Shown here: positions 35,530 to 45,027 of the stretch, piece after piece | How the letters are laid out: the number at the start of each line of letters is the position of its first letter | How positions within the stretch are numbered: the first letter of the stretch is position 1 | Origin: Rhodothermia bacterium | Lineage (GTDB): Bacteria > Bacteroidota > Rhodothermia > Rhodothermales > UBA2364 | DNA length: 64,000 bases | NCBI GenBank assembly: GCA_017303715.1 | Contig: JAFLBZ010000014.1 | Location: 3,708 to 67,707 of the forward strand | Direction of reading: 5' to 3' | Translations under genes and position numbers: made by a program | The notes under the pieces: generated by a model | The model's database searches: none | What the model saw: the letters and a program-made list of their open reading frames with translations, nothing else | Told to the model about the DNA's origin: nothing

Positions 35530-37404
35530 ATGCAACAGATCATTCCTTTGATTCCGGCCTTACCTCTGCTTGGCTTCCTCTTAAATGGATTGGCCGGAAA
35601 GAAAATGGGCAAAAACGTTGTGGGTGCTTTGGCTACAGGTGTAGTAGCCGCGTCTTTTTTGCTTACGATTGGGCTTTTTGTCATGCTTCTCGGAAATCCA
35701 GAACCCTTGCAAAACAACTTGTTTACGTGGTTACAAGTGGGTAGCCTGCAAGTAGAATTTGGCTTTTTAGTGGATCGGCTGTCCGTTTGGATGATGCTCA
35801 TCATTACGGGGGTGGGGACACTCATCCACCTCTATTCCATTGGTTATATGCACGAGGACGAAGGTTTCCATAAGTTTTTTGCGTATCTCAACCTCTTCAT
35901 TTTTGCCATGTTGCTTTTGGTGATGGGCAATAACTTTCTGATGATGTTCTTTGGTTGGGAGGGCGTAGGACTTTGTTCTTACTTGCTGATTGGGTTTTGG
36001 TACACCAAACGCGACTATGCCGATGCCGCTCGGAAAGCATTCATTATGAACCGCATCGGAGACTTGGGTTTGTTGCTTGGGATTTTCTTGATCTTCCAAC
36101 AGTTTGGCAGTATTGCTTATGCGGATGTCTTTGGAAGTGCTGGACTTGTGGATCCGACCTCCATTGGTTTAATTACCTTATTGCTGTTTGTAGGGGCGAT
36201 GGGGAAAAGCGCACAAATCCCACTTTATACGTGGTTGCCGGATGCAATGGCGGGGCCAACCCCTGTTTCTGCCTTGATCCACGCCGCAACGATGGTAACG
36301 GCTGGGGTTTATCTGGTGGTTCGAGCCTCGGCCTTATACGATTTAGCGCCAGATGTTTTGACCGTTATTGCTTGGACTGGTTTGGCAACCTCCATTTTTG
36401 CTGCGCTCATTGGATTGGGGCAAAACGACATCAAAAAGGTCTTGGCGTACTCTACCGTGTCGCAGTTGGGGCTGATGTTTGTGGCAGCGGGTGTCGGAGC
36501 CTATGGCTCGGCGATGTTCCACCTGACGACCCATGCGTTTTTTAAAGCACTCTTGTTCTTGGGAGCTGGAAGTGTAATCCATGCCATGAGCGGCGAGCAA
36601 GATATTCGGAGAATGGGTGGCTTGCGGAAAACACTTGGAACCACCCATTGGACATTTCTCTTTGGAACATTGGCCATTATTGGGATATTTCCATTTGCAG
36701 GCTTCTTCTCGAAAGACGAACTTTTGGCCCAAGTTTTTGAACATAGCCCGCTGATGTGGGCACTTACGCTTTTTAGTGCCGCCCTAACGGTGGTGTATAT
36801 GGTTCGGATGTACACCCTTACGTTTTGGGGCAACTTCCGAGGAAGCAAACACCAAGCCGAACACCTGCACGACTCGCCATCGGTGATGACGATTCCGCTC
36901 ATGGTTTTGGCTGTTTTGTCCTTGACCAGTGGCTTTCTGAACCTACCTGCCTTTACCCATGCGCAGTGGTTTTCTGGGTATCTGACCCCATTATTGGGTG
37001 AGGCAGTCCACACAATGAGCGTTTCTACCGAGATTGCGCTCTTGGGCATTGCTTTTATGGTTGCGGTTGGCTTAGGATTGTGGGTGTGGAAACATTACCA
37101 AAAACCAGAACAAGTACCCGCTGAGGACGAAGCCATTTCCGGTTTTGCGAAGCTCACCGGCAACAAGTTTTATGTGGACGAACTGTATAACGCCGTTTTT
37201 ATACGCCCAATCGAGTGGTTTTCCCGATTGCTCTACACGATTGTAGATGCAAAAGTAATTGATGGCTTGGTGAATGGAATGGCCACGCTGGTCAGTCAAT
37301 TAGGTTTTGGCCTGCGCCAAATACAGTCGGGTAAAATCGGGACGTATTTGTTTCTGATGGTGGCAGGCTTGGTACTCCTCCTTCTATTTAACGTAATCTG
37401 GTAA
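35530..37404 (+). CDS. nuoL: NADH-quinone oxidoreductase subunit L
   Basis: 624 aa antiporter-like subunit. FFGWEGVGLCSYLLIGFW, and GKSAQIPLYTWLPDAMAGPTPVSALIHAATMV. Confidence 0.95.
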   Translation: MQQIIPLIPALPLLGFLLNGLAGKKMGKNVVGALATGVVAASFLLTIGLFVMLLGNPEPLQNNLFTWLQVGSLQVEFGFLVDRLSVWMMLIITGVGTLIHLYSIGYMHEDEGFHKFFAYLNLFIFAMLLLVMGNNFLMMFFGWEGVGLCSYLLIGFWYTKRDYADAARKAFIMNRIGDLGLLLGIFLIFQQFGSIAYADVFGSAGLVDPTSIGLITLLLFVGAMGKSAQIPLYTWLPDAMAGPTPVSALIHAATMVTAGVYLVVRASALYDLAPDVLTVIAWTGLATSIFAALIGLGQNDIKKVLAYSTVSQLGLMFVAAGVGAYGSAMFHLTTHAFFKALLFLGAGSVIHAMSGEQDIRRMGGLRKTLGTTHWTFLFGTLAIIGIFPFAGFFSKDELLAQVFEHSPLMWALTLFSAALTVVYMVRMYTLTFWGNFRGSKHQAEHLHDSPSVMTIPLMVLAVLSLTSGFLNLPAFTHAQWFSGYLTPLLGEAVHTMSVSTEIALLGIAFMVAVGLGLWVWKHYQKPEQVPAEDEAISGFAKLTGNKFYVDELYNAVFIRPIEWFSRLLYTIVDAKVIDGLVNGMATLVSQLGFGLRQIQSGKIGTYLFLMVAGLVLLLLFNVIW

Positions 37405-37410
37405 TTTCCA

Positions 37411-38871
37411 ATGGCCACCGTGTCTCTCCTTATCTTTGGTCTCCCGCTGGTAGCTGCTTTTGTCGTTTTCTTCACAAAGGGTAAGGTAGCCCGTTTTGCG
37501 GCCCTCCTTTCGGCGGTACTGACCCTTTCTTGCACGTTGTTGCTTTGGGCAATGTTTGATTCCACCAAGACGTTAGAGGTCATCAGACTACCTTGGATTT
37601 CGTCTCTCGGCATAGGTTTTTCTATGGCATTGGATGGGTCGGGTTTGCTCATGGTCTTGCTTACAAACCTGCTGCTCCCCTTTATTTTGCCTGTGGCATG
37701 TAGCCAAAACACCGAAAAGGAATCCGCACTCTTGGGCTTGATTTTGGTGATGCAATTCGCTCTTATTGGGGTGTTTATGGCATGGGATGGCTTCTTGTTC
37801 TATGTTTTCTGGGAGTTAGCCTTGATTCCCATTTACTTTATCGCCGCCATTTGGGGCGGGGAGAAGCGTCAACGGATTACCCTTAAGTTCTTTATTTACA
37901 CTTTTGCAGGTAGTTTGCTCATGTTGCTTTCGATCTTGAGCGTATATTTCTTTACGCAAGGCGTAGATGGGAAGCATAGTTTTGATTGGGCTGCAATGCA
38001 ACAAGCAAACCTCCCGCCATACATCGCACCTTGGGTACTGCTGGGCTTCTTTGCGGCATTTGCGGTCAAAATTCCGATTTTCCCCTTCCATACTTGGCAG
38101 CCGGATACCTATACCGTTGCGCCCACCGCCGGAACCATGTTACTCGCGGGGATTATGCTCAAGATGGGGCTTTTTGGGGTTTACCGCTGGATGATGCCCA
38201 TTGCCGCCGAAGGTTTGCCGTACTACCAAGATTGGTTTCTGACCTTGGCCATCATTGGAGCCTTGTTTGGAGCCATCATCGCGATTAAACAAGATGACCT
38301 AAAGCGCTTGGTGGCATATTCCTCACTCTCGCATGTGGGCTTGATTGCCGCAGGGTTGTTTGTGGGTAATGAGTCGGGCGTGCAAGGTGCATTGGTACAA
38401 ATGCTGAACCACGGCATCAATGTGGTGGGGATGTTTTATGTGGTACATTGGATTGAACGCCGCACTGGAACGCGCTCCCTCGAAAATTTGGGCGGATTGG
38501 CCGCGAAAACGCCTCGTTTTGCCATTTTGTTTATGATTGTTTTGCTGGGGTCTATTGCTGTCCCATTAACAAATGGCTTTGTGGGTGAGTTTTTGTTGCT
38601 CAATGGCCTTTTCCAGTACAACGCTTGGATGGCCGTGTTTGCCGGACTTAGCATCATTTTTGGAGCCGTGTACATGCTCCGCGTCTATCAAATGGTGATG
38701 TATGGCACGCTAAAAGCCGCTACTGCGGATGTAGAAGACGTCGGGAAATTGGATACAATCCTGTTAGCACCGATGGCCTTTTTAATCCTTCTCTTTGGGG
38801 TCTATCCACAACCTTTGTTTAACCTGACTGCCAAGTCCGTTGAGAAATGGTTAGCCCTTTTGGGCGGCTAA
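37411..38871 (+). CDS. nuoM: NADH-quinone oxidoreductase subunit M
   Basis: 486 aa. FYVFWELALIPIYF, KIPIFPFHTWQPDTY, and AYSSLSHVG. Confidence 0.95.
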   Translation: MATVSLLIFGLPLVAAFVVFFTKGKVARFAALLSAVLTLSCTLLLWAMFDSTKTLEVIRLPWISSLGIGFSMALDGSGLLMVLLTNLLLPFILPVACSQNTEKESALLGLILVMQFALIGVFMAWDGFLFYVFWELALIPIYFIAAIWGGEKRQRITLKFFIYTFAGSLLMLLSILSVYFFTQGVDGKHSFDWAAMQQANLPPYIAPWVLLGFFAAFAVKIPIFPFHTWQPDTYTVAPTAGTMLLAGIMLKMGLFGVYRWMMPIAAEGLPYYQDWFLTLAIIGALFGAIIAIKQDDLKRLVAYSSLSHVGLIAAGLFVGNESGVQGALVQMLNHGINVVGMFYVVHWIERRTGTRSLENLGGLAAKTPRFAILFMIVLLGSIAVPLTNGFVGEFLLLNGLFQYNAWMAVFAGLSIIFGAVYMLRVYQMVMYGTLKAATADVEDVGKLDTILLAPMAFLILLFGVYPQPLFNLTAKSVEKWLALLGG

Positions 38872-38901
38872 ACATCCAACCCATTTTTTTGAATTATAGA
38901 C

Positions 38902-40287
38902 ATGAAAGCAATTATCATTTTGTTTGCAACCGCAATGGTGGTGCTTTTTACGGGGATTTCCGGTAAAAGGACGTGGTTGCTTCCGCTCTCGGTGGTGGGG
39001 TTGTTGGGTGCATTGGCCTCCTTGGTGTCCGATGCCTTTTTGCCCATCCTCTCCTATGGTGGGATGGTACGGTTCGATGGCTTTGGATTGGCGTACTCTG
39101 GCCTTGTAATTGGTGCAGCCACACTCATTTTTTTATTGTCTGGGGACTTTTATCGTGGCCTAAAACACACCTTGGCGGATCATTATGGCCTCTTGCTCTT
39201 TAGCTTAACGGGCGCATTGTGTATGTTCTCGTTCGAGCATATGGTCATGCTCTTTTTAGGCATCGAGATTTTGTCAATACCACTCTATGTAATGGCAGGT
39301 AGCCGCATGGATGACCTGAAGTCATCGGAGGCCGCCCTGAAGTACTTTCTGATGGGTTCTTTTGCCACAGGGATACTATTGTTCGGTATTACCTTGGTCT
39401 ATGGCGCAACGGGAGAATTTGAAATTACCAAAATTCAACAAGCCTTAGACGTGAAAAAAGTTTATTCCATGCCACTGTTTAATACAGGTCTTCTCCTCAT
39501 CATTGCGGGATTGAGTTTTAAAGTCTCCGCAGCGCCATTCCATTTCTGGAGTCCAGATGTGTATGAAGGAAGTCCTTCTTTGGTAACGGCGTATATGGCA
39601 ACCATTGTGAAAGCGGCAGGATTTGGAGCTTTTTACAAACTATTTGTCTTGGGTTTTGGCCCAGAAACACCCTATTGGTCTATGACTATTGCCGTGCTTG
39701 CGGCACTTACGATGACGGTGGGGAACATCACCGCCGTTATGCAAAATAACTTCAAACGGATGATGGCATATTCCAGTATTTCGCACGCCGGTTATCTCAT
39801 GCTGGGACTTTTAAGTGGAAGTGCGGGTAGTCAAGGCATTTTCTTATACCTAATGGCGTATGCAGTTGCAACCATTGCGGCGTTCTCTGTTTTTATGTTC
39901 GTCAACCGTGAAGATGATCTTGAGGGCGGTAAATTCTCGGCTTTTGCAGGCTTAAACAAAATAGATCCCCTTGCAGCGTTTGTGATGGCCCTTAGCATGG
40001 TTTCTCTTGCTGGAATCCCAATCACTGCCGGCTTTTTTGGGAAGTTTTTCCTATTCGCCGGGGCTTTTGGAGGATTTCCGTGGTTGGTAGGAATCGCCGT
40101 CATTAATTCTGCCATTAGTATCGCCTATTACTTCCGTGTGATTGTGGAAATGTATATGAATGATGCAAAGGGGGAATTGTCTTTTACTACTACACCCAAG
40201 GTGTATCGCTTGGTGATGGTACTGGCCGCCATTGTGTTGCTGGGGCTGGCCTTTATACCCGATCAAGTTCTGGCACTTGTTCCATAA
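38902..40287 (+). CDS. nuoN: NADH-quinone oxidoreductase subunit N
   Basis: 461 aa. GIEILSIPLYV, AAPFHFWSPDVYEG, and AYSSISHAGY. Confidence 0.95.
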   Translation: MKAIIILFATAMVVLFTGISGKRTWLLPLSVVGLLGALASLVSDAFLPILSYGGMVRFDGFGLAYSGLVIGAATLIFLLSGDFYRGLKHTLADHYGLLLFSLTGALCMFSFEHMVMLFLGIEILSIPLYVMAGSRMDDLKSSEAALKYFLMGSFATGILLFGITLVYGATGEFEITKIQQALDVKKVYSMPLFNTGLLLIIAGLSFKVSAAPFHFWSPDVYEGSPSLVTAYMATIVKAAGFGAFYKLFVLGFGPETPYWSMTIAVLAALTMTVGNITAVMQNNFKRMMAYSSISHAGYLMLGLLSGSAGSQGIFLYLMAYAVATIAAFSVFMFVNREDDLEGGKFSAFAGLNKIDPLAAFVMALSMVSLAGIPITAGFFGKFFLFAGAFGGFPWLVGIAVINSAISIAYYFRVIVEMYMNDAKGELSFTTTPKVYRLVMVLAAIVLLGLAFIPDQVLALVP

Positions 40288-40356
40288 GACTTGTCCACGG
40301 TAGCCACTTGTGCTATATTTGTACCTCTTGTTTCCCTGCTATCCTTTGGTGCGTGT

Positions 40357-40668
40357 ATGGCCGGCCTTATTCCTGATTATGCCCATTTAGACCTGATTTC
40401 CCGCCACTTTAAGGCCCTTGGGGAGCCATCTCGGTTGTTGATTTTGGACTTGTTACACCGAAATGGCGAACTGAATGTACAGGAGTTGATGGAGGCCAGT
40501 GGGCTGCGTCAAGCAAACTTGAGCAAACACTTAGGCATCCTTTTGGATACTGGAATTCTTAAACGGCGAAAAGAAGGCGTAATGGCATTTTATTCCATTC
40601 AAGACAAGAGCGTACAAGGCTTGTGCCTCTTGGCATATAACCGCCTCATGCTTAACCGACGCGGTTAA
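40357..40668 (+). CDS. ArsR/SmtB-family winged-helix transcriptional regulator
   Basis: HFKALGEPSRLLILDLLHRNGELNVQELMEASGLRQANLSKHLGILLDTGILKRRKEG. The ORF opens at 40291 (TTG), 4 nt after nuoN. The ATG at 40357 is preferred. Confidence 0.8.
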   Translation: MAGLIPDYAHLDLISRHFKALGEPSRLLILDLLHRNGELNVQELMEASGLRQANLSKHLGILLDTGILKRRKEGVMAFYSIQDKSVQGLCLLAYNRLMLNRRG

Positions 40669-41385
40669 TCAGCGGACAACGGCCATCGTTGCAACTCGTA
40701 CTTCCGATGCACCTGCTTCAAAAAGCGGAATGGCCGCCGCCGCTAAGGTTGCGCCAGTGGTGAGTATATCATCCACCAATAAAATTCGTTTCCCCACCAT
40801 TTCTTCGGGCCGAAGCACTTTAAATGCCCCAGAAACATTTGCCCAACGGCTTTGGACGTCCAACTTGGTTTGACTTGTGGTGGAACGGCTCCGGACGAGG
40901 TTGCCCTCTTCTACTGCAAGGCCCAAGACGTGTGACATGCCTTTTGCCAGTTCCGTGCTTTGGTTATACCCTCGTTCAATTTGACGCAACCGCGAAAGTG
41001 GAACCGGAACCAAAACCTCCGCCTTCCAGTCCCCAGCCATTTCTAAAAGGTGATTTCCAAGCAAAGACCCAATATAGCGCCCAATTCGAGGGCGATTTCG
41101 GTATTTTAGCGCATGTTGCAACTTCTGAACAGTTCCACCAGCATCAAACATCCAAAGCGAGAAACCCGTTTCTAACCGTGCCTCGGAACGCCACTGGGTT
41201 TGTAAATGGGTCTGAATAACCTCCATAGACGGATGTTCAAGGGTGCGCAGGCAGGATATACACAGAAATGGAGTTGATTCCGTGAGAGGTTGTCCACACC
41301 CATTACACAAAGGCGGAAAAACCCAATGGCCAATCCCGTCAAGAATAGGTTGCCCAACATGGAAAAAGTTTTGAAGATACTGCAT
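40669..41385 (-). CDS. comF: ComF-family phosphoribosyltransferase-domain protein
   Basis: 238 aa. N-terminal Cys pairs (CNGCG...CISC) and the C-terminal PRT motif ILLVDDILTTGATL. Confidence 0.8.
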   Translation of the reverse strand: MQYLQNFFHVGQPILDGIGHWVFPPLCNGCGQPLTESTPFLCISCLRTLEHPSMEVIQTHLQTQWRSEARLETGFSLWMFDAGGTVQKLQHALKYRNRPRIGRYIGSLLGNHLLEMAGDWKAEVLVPVPLSRLRQIERGYNQSTELAKGMSHVLGLAVEEGNLVRSRSTTSQTKLDVQSRWANVSGAFKVLRPEEMVGKRILLVDDILTTGATLAAAAIPLFEAGASEVRVATMAVVR

Positions 41386-41499
41386 GAATTATATTAGGAT
41401 AGGACGAATGTGGAAATTCAGAAGCTTTGTAATTCATAATTTGATGACTAAACTTGTCTGACAAGAATAGTTGTCAAATCATAACCCCTAAAAGCACCT

Positions 41500-41739
41500 A
41501 TGCCTCGAATCCGCCGTGGAATGCTGGTCAAAAACCTGTTAGAGCACTCCATCGAAATCAAACTTTCCGCCCGTACATTGCTCTTGGAGGCCGGAGAGGA
41601 AGCCATTGTGACCCCCGGAGAAGCCCGTGAAGAGAACCTTCGAGAACACCTCCAACTCAGAACGGTAGCCGTTGTTAGACCCTCGACCGCCGAGGAGGAA
41701 GCACACGTTGCGCGTGCCATGCGCCAAAGTCATCATTAA
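41500..41739 (+). CDS. hypothetical small protein
   Basis: 79-aa ORF, 18 nt upstream of the glycosyltransferase gene, with a charged, non-repetitive sequence. An overlapping antisense ORF (41448..41720) is less plausible. Confidence 0.4.
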   Translation: MPRIRRGMLVKNLLEHSIEIKLSARTLLLEAGEEAIVTPGEAREENLREHLQLRTVAVVRPSTAEEEAHVARAMRQSHH

Positions 41740-41757
41740 TAAACATAGTCTAAGTAA

Positions 41758-42894
41758 ATGAAAATCCTGATCTTAGAGCCATATTACGGACGTTCTCGAA
41801 AGCGATTTTTGGAAGGCTTGGTAGCGCATTCTCGCCACGAAACACAGGTCATTTCAATGAGTGCCCGTTATTGGCAGTGGCGCTTGCAAGGCGGGGCCGT
41901 CACCTTAGCGAATAAGGCCATCGAGACCTTGGAGAATGGCTTCTCGCCCGATGTGGTTTTTGCCTCGGACATGGTGAATCTTGCCGCCTTCAAAGCCCTA
42001 ACAAACGGGCGTTTTACGGGGATTCCTATGGTGATGTACTTTCATAACAACCGCTTAACCTACCCGCTATCTCCTGCCGAACACCGAGATCCCGCATTTG
42101 GATATATCAATTATCTATCGGCATTGGTGGCGGATCAGTTGGTGTTTAATTCACAGTCGCATTTGCAAGAATTTACCGATGCGCTTCCGGCATTTTTGGG
42201 GACATATCCCGACTATACCCACCTGGAAAAAACGCAGGAAATCCGCCAAAAAAGCCGTGTCCTCCATCGTGGAATTTCGCTTAAGCAGTTTGATGCCTTT
42301 TCGGATGCCGCCGAGCCAATCAATTGGGGTGTGGGCATGAAGCCGCCGATCATTCTATGGAACCACCGATGGGAGTACGACCAAAACCCACACGCTTTTT
42401 TCCGCTTGCTCAACCGTTTGGACGATGTAGGTTGTAAGTTTCGCTTGATTTTGGCAGGAGAACACTTTAACGAGGCGAACGAGTTTGGGCAGTCTTTTTC
42501 GCGTTTTGCAGACCGCATCTTGCATTATGGCTATGCCGAGGATAGTGAAGAATATGGGCGTTTGCTCCAAAGAGCGCATTTGGTGGTCTCTACTGCCGTC
42601 CACGAGTTTTTTGGGGTGACCCTTTTAGAGGCTATTTACTGCGGTTGCCATCCGTTGTTGCCTAATAAACTGACTTATCCAGAATTGCTACCCAGCGCAT
42701 TGCATAGACCACTGCTCCATGCTCCAACGCTTTATCAAAACGAGGATGATTTGTTCGATATCATGCAAAGTATCCTAAAAGGCCAAGAAAGACCTTTGCC
42801 CCAACAAACCCTCCGCAGCATCCCTGAACACTTAGACTGGAAAACCCAAATCCGGGCGTTTGATGCGCTTTTTGAAGAGATCGCACCAACTTGA
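41758..42894 (+). CDS. DUF3524-containing group-1 glycosyltransferase (homologue of eukaryotic GTDC1)
   Basis: 378 aa. ILILEPYYGRSRKRF, YFHNNRLTYP and FGYINYLSALVADQLVFNS parallel my recollection of human GTDC1 (ILIIEAFYGGSHKQL, YFHENQLIYP, YGYNQILSCLVADVVVFNS). Confidence 0.7.
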   Translation: MKILILEPYYGRSRKRFLEGLVAHSRHETQVISMSARYWQWRLQGGAVTLANKAIETLENGFSPDVVFASDMVNLAAFKALTNGRFTGIPMVMYFHNNRLTYPLSPAEHRDPAFGYINYLSALVADQLVFNSQSHLQEFTDALPAFLGTYPDYTHLEKTQEIRQKSRVLHRGISLKQFDAFSDAAEPINWGVGMKPPIILWNHRWEYDQNPHAFFRLLNRLDDVGCKFRLILAGEHFNEANEFGQSFSRFADRILHYGYAEDSEEYGRLLQRAHLVVSTAVHEFFGVTLLEAIYCGCHPLLPNKLTYPELLPSALHRPLLHAPTLYQNEDDLFDIMQSILKGQERPLPQQTLRSIPEHLDWKTQIRAFDALFEEIAPT

Positions 42895-42969
42895 AAGGAA
42901 CCTGTAAGAATTGTTCCCGCCATTTTTTTGTAAAAGCATGATATAAAAAACTATAAATATCCTCAAAAC

Positions 42970-43680
42970 ATGATCAAAGAAAAGGTGCTCGTTGCCTATG
43001 AAGCTATGGCTGAAAAATACAATGAGTTAATAGACCATAAACCACATAATGCCTATTACGATAGGCCCAATACACTGCAGCTTTTGCCAGAAGTGAAAGG
43101 GAAAACAATTCTTGATGCTGCTTGTGGGCCGGGAAAATATGCGGAGATTTTAATGGAAAAGGGCGCAAATGTATTTGGATTTGATATTAGCCCCAAAATG
43201 ATTGACTTGGCCAATGAAAGAAACCAAGGTCGAGGGCGTTTTTTTGTACATGATGTACAAGACCCACTCTTTATGGTCGAAGATAAAAGTTGCGACCATA
43301 TTTTGTGTGCATTGGCACTACATTACATAGAGGATTGGAACCCAACCATGAAGGAGTTTCATAGGGTGTTAAAAGACAATGGCTCACTCGTTTTATCTAT
43401 CGAACACTCCTTTAACGATTATCTTTTTTTTAAATCGAAAAAATACTTCGAAATAGAGAACGTAAGGTGTACTTGGAAAGGTTTTGGAAAGCCCGTTGAA
43501 GTCAATAGTTATAGAAGACCGCTCCAAGAATCTATTGCACCACTGACCAATAATGGTTTTTATATTGATAAATTGGTCGAACCCAAACCAACAAAAGAAT
43601 TTGAGAAATTAGACCCAAGACATTTTAAAGAACTCAATGACTTTCCTGCATTTATGTGCATTCGTGCTGTGAAGAAATAA
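42970..43680 (+). CDS. class I SAM-dependent methyltransferase
   Basis: Motif I ILDAACGPGKY and post-I FGFDISPKM, with the Methyltransf_11-like layout. Confidence 0.8.
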   Translation: MIKEKVLVAYEAMAEKYNELIDHKPHNAYYDRPNTLQLLPEVKGKTILDAACGPGKYAEILMEKGANVFGFDISPKMIDLANERNQGRGRFFVHDVQDPLFMVEDKSCDHILCALALHYIEDWNPTMKEFHRVLKDNGSLVLSIEHSFNDYLFFKSKKYFEIENVRCTWKGFGKPVEVNSYRRPLQESIAPLTNNGFYIDKLVEPKPTKEFEKLDPRHFKELNDFPAFMCIRAVKK

Positions 43681-44052
43681 ATGGATAGTGGGGTTTAAGC
43701 TATGTTTGGTTAGCAATATACGCCTTGTAGAAAGTTCCCGCTCCGATGACGCTAAAACCCGATGAAGCTACATCTGGTCGAACAATCTTGGTCGTGTGCA
43801 AAAGTTGATTGCCAATAGTGTGATAGAACCGGCTTTCCTATTAGATATATAAGGCGAGGATGGGAAATTGGTTATGTTCAAGAAAAGCTACTAAACGCCA
43901 AAGCAAGTCCCGAACAATACTTTGTACGGGTTTCTGGATGAAGTTTGTTTTGTTATAGACCTTCGAGTGCTTCATGCACTAAATGGGATTCTGATTACTT
44001 CGCAGTATAGTCGCATAAAAAGACATCTGGAGGTAGGCACTAAAAGGTGGTG

Positions 44053-45027
44053 TCACTCAATAACAAATGAGGCCACCTGGTAGCCTGCAAAGATGCCTAA
44101 TCCATTTTTAATATTGGATTCTATGGGCAATATACCTGAAAAAATATCTGAACTATATAACTCTTGTCTTAAGCTTGTTGAGAAATATTGGTACATGCTT
44201 TCCTCCATCGTATAAAGTAAAATCCGTTGTCGGGCTGGTTTGACTTCCTTGGCAAAACTACTCCCTTGTACACTAAACGAAACCGATGTCCCTCCCCCCC
44301 TAAATAGGTCATCCGGAAAAGCCAAAAAAACATACCTAACGCCACCAGCTTCGGTATCAAATTGGTTGCGTTCCCAGAAATTAAGCCCCGATTTTAAAAC
44401 AGAATCATCTGTTCTGATGGATGAAATCCCAATCTCCCGAAAAGACCCCTTATGTTCTTCCTCCGATACGACCTTAAGCATATAATAATTGTTTTCTGTA
44501 GGATCATCTTTAAATGAAAAGGTAACATGATATAAAGGAAACCCATCAATCTGGGTCGCTTCTTTTCGGTAAGAGATATCGCCAATTGAAATAGGCGCAG
44601 GAATTTGGCCCTCTGCTTCAACGGTAGAAAGCCCATCTGCCATTACTTTAATGCTATATTTTTGCTTTGACCTTGGAAAAAGGCTTGGCAAGGTATAGCA
44701 AGGGATTGAGTTTGGGTTAATGGCATAGTTGTAAACCTGTATTTGCCGCTCCTCATATGGTAAAGTTGCCCGTAGAGTTCCATTTTCATACAAAAGCACT
44801 TTCGCATCCTTGATAAAGTGGTCTGTATTGGTAGCGCTTAAATGATTGTTTTGGATCCAAGCAGGTACATTTTTGGAAACAAAAACTTGCCACTCCTGAT
44901 TTTCCGTAAATAAGGCATTTACGGTAATTTGCGGCTTATAAGCAGGTTTGAATTCCTCAGAAACTTGGAAGTCACACGAGACCTGCAAAAACGAAATCAG
45001 TAATACAATGAGGTTTTTCATGTTCAT
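44053..45027 (-). CDS. DUF4249-like lipoprotein (partner of the upstream TonB-dependent receptor)
   Basis: 324 aa. The signal peptide ends LQVSC. The start overlaps the receptor stop by 4 nt. The family call rests on the typical Bacteroidota gene pairing and on size. Confidence 0.55.
   Translation of the reverse strand: MNMKNLIVLLISFLQVSCDFQVSEEFKPAYKPQITVNALFTENQEWQVFVSKNVPAWIQNNHLSATNTDHFIKDAKVLLYENGTLRATLPYEERQIQVYNYAINPNSIPCYTLPSLFPRSKQKYSIKVMADGLSTVEAEGQIPAPISIGDISYRKEATQIDGFPLYHVTFSFKDDPTENNYYMLKVVSEEEHKGSFREIGISSIRTDDSVLKSGLNFWERNQFDTEAGGVRYVFLAFPDDLFRGGGTSVSFSVQGSSFAKEVKPARQRILLYTMEESMYQYFSTSLRQELYSSDIFSGILPIESNIKNGLGIFAGYQVASFVIE

Noticed and set aside
43681-44052. The remnant ORF as a transposase fragment
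   Set aside because: I could read a ~97-codon minus-strand frame broken by TAA-TAG, but I recognised no DDE or HUH motifs, no terminal inverted repeats and no known family. It is only mentioned as a possible decayed gene.
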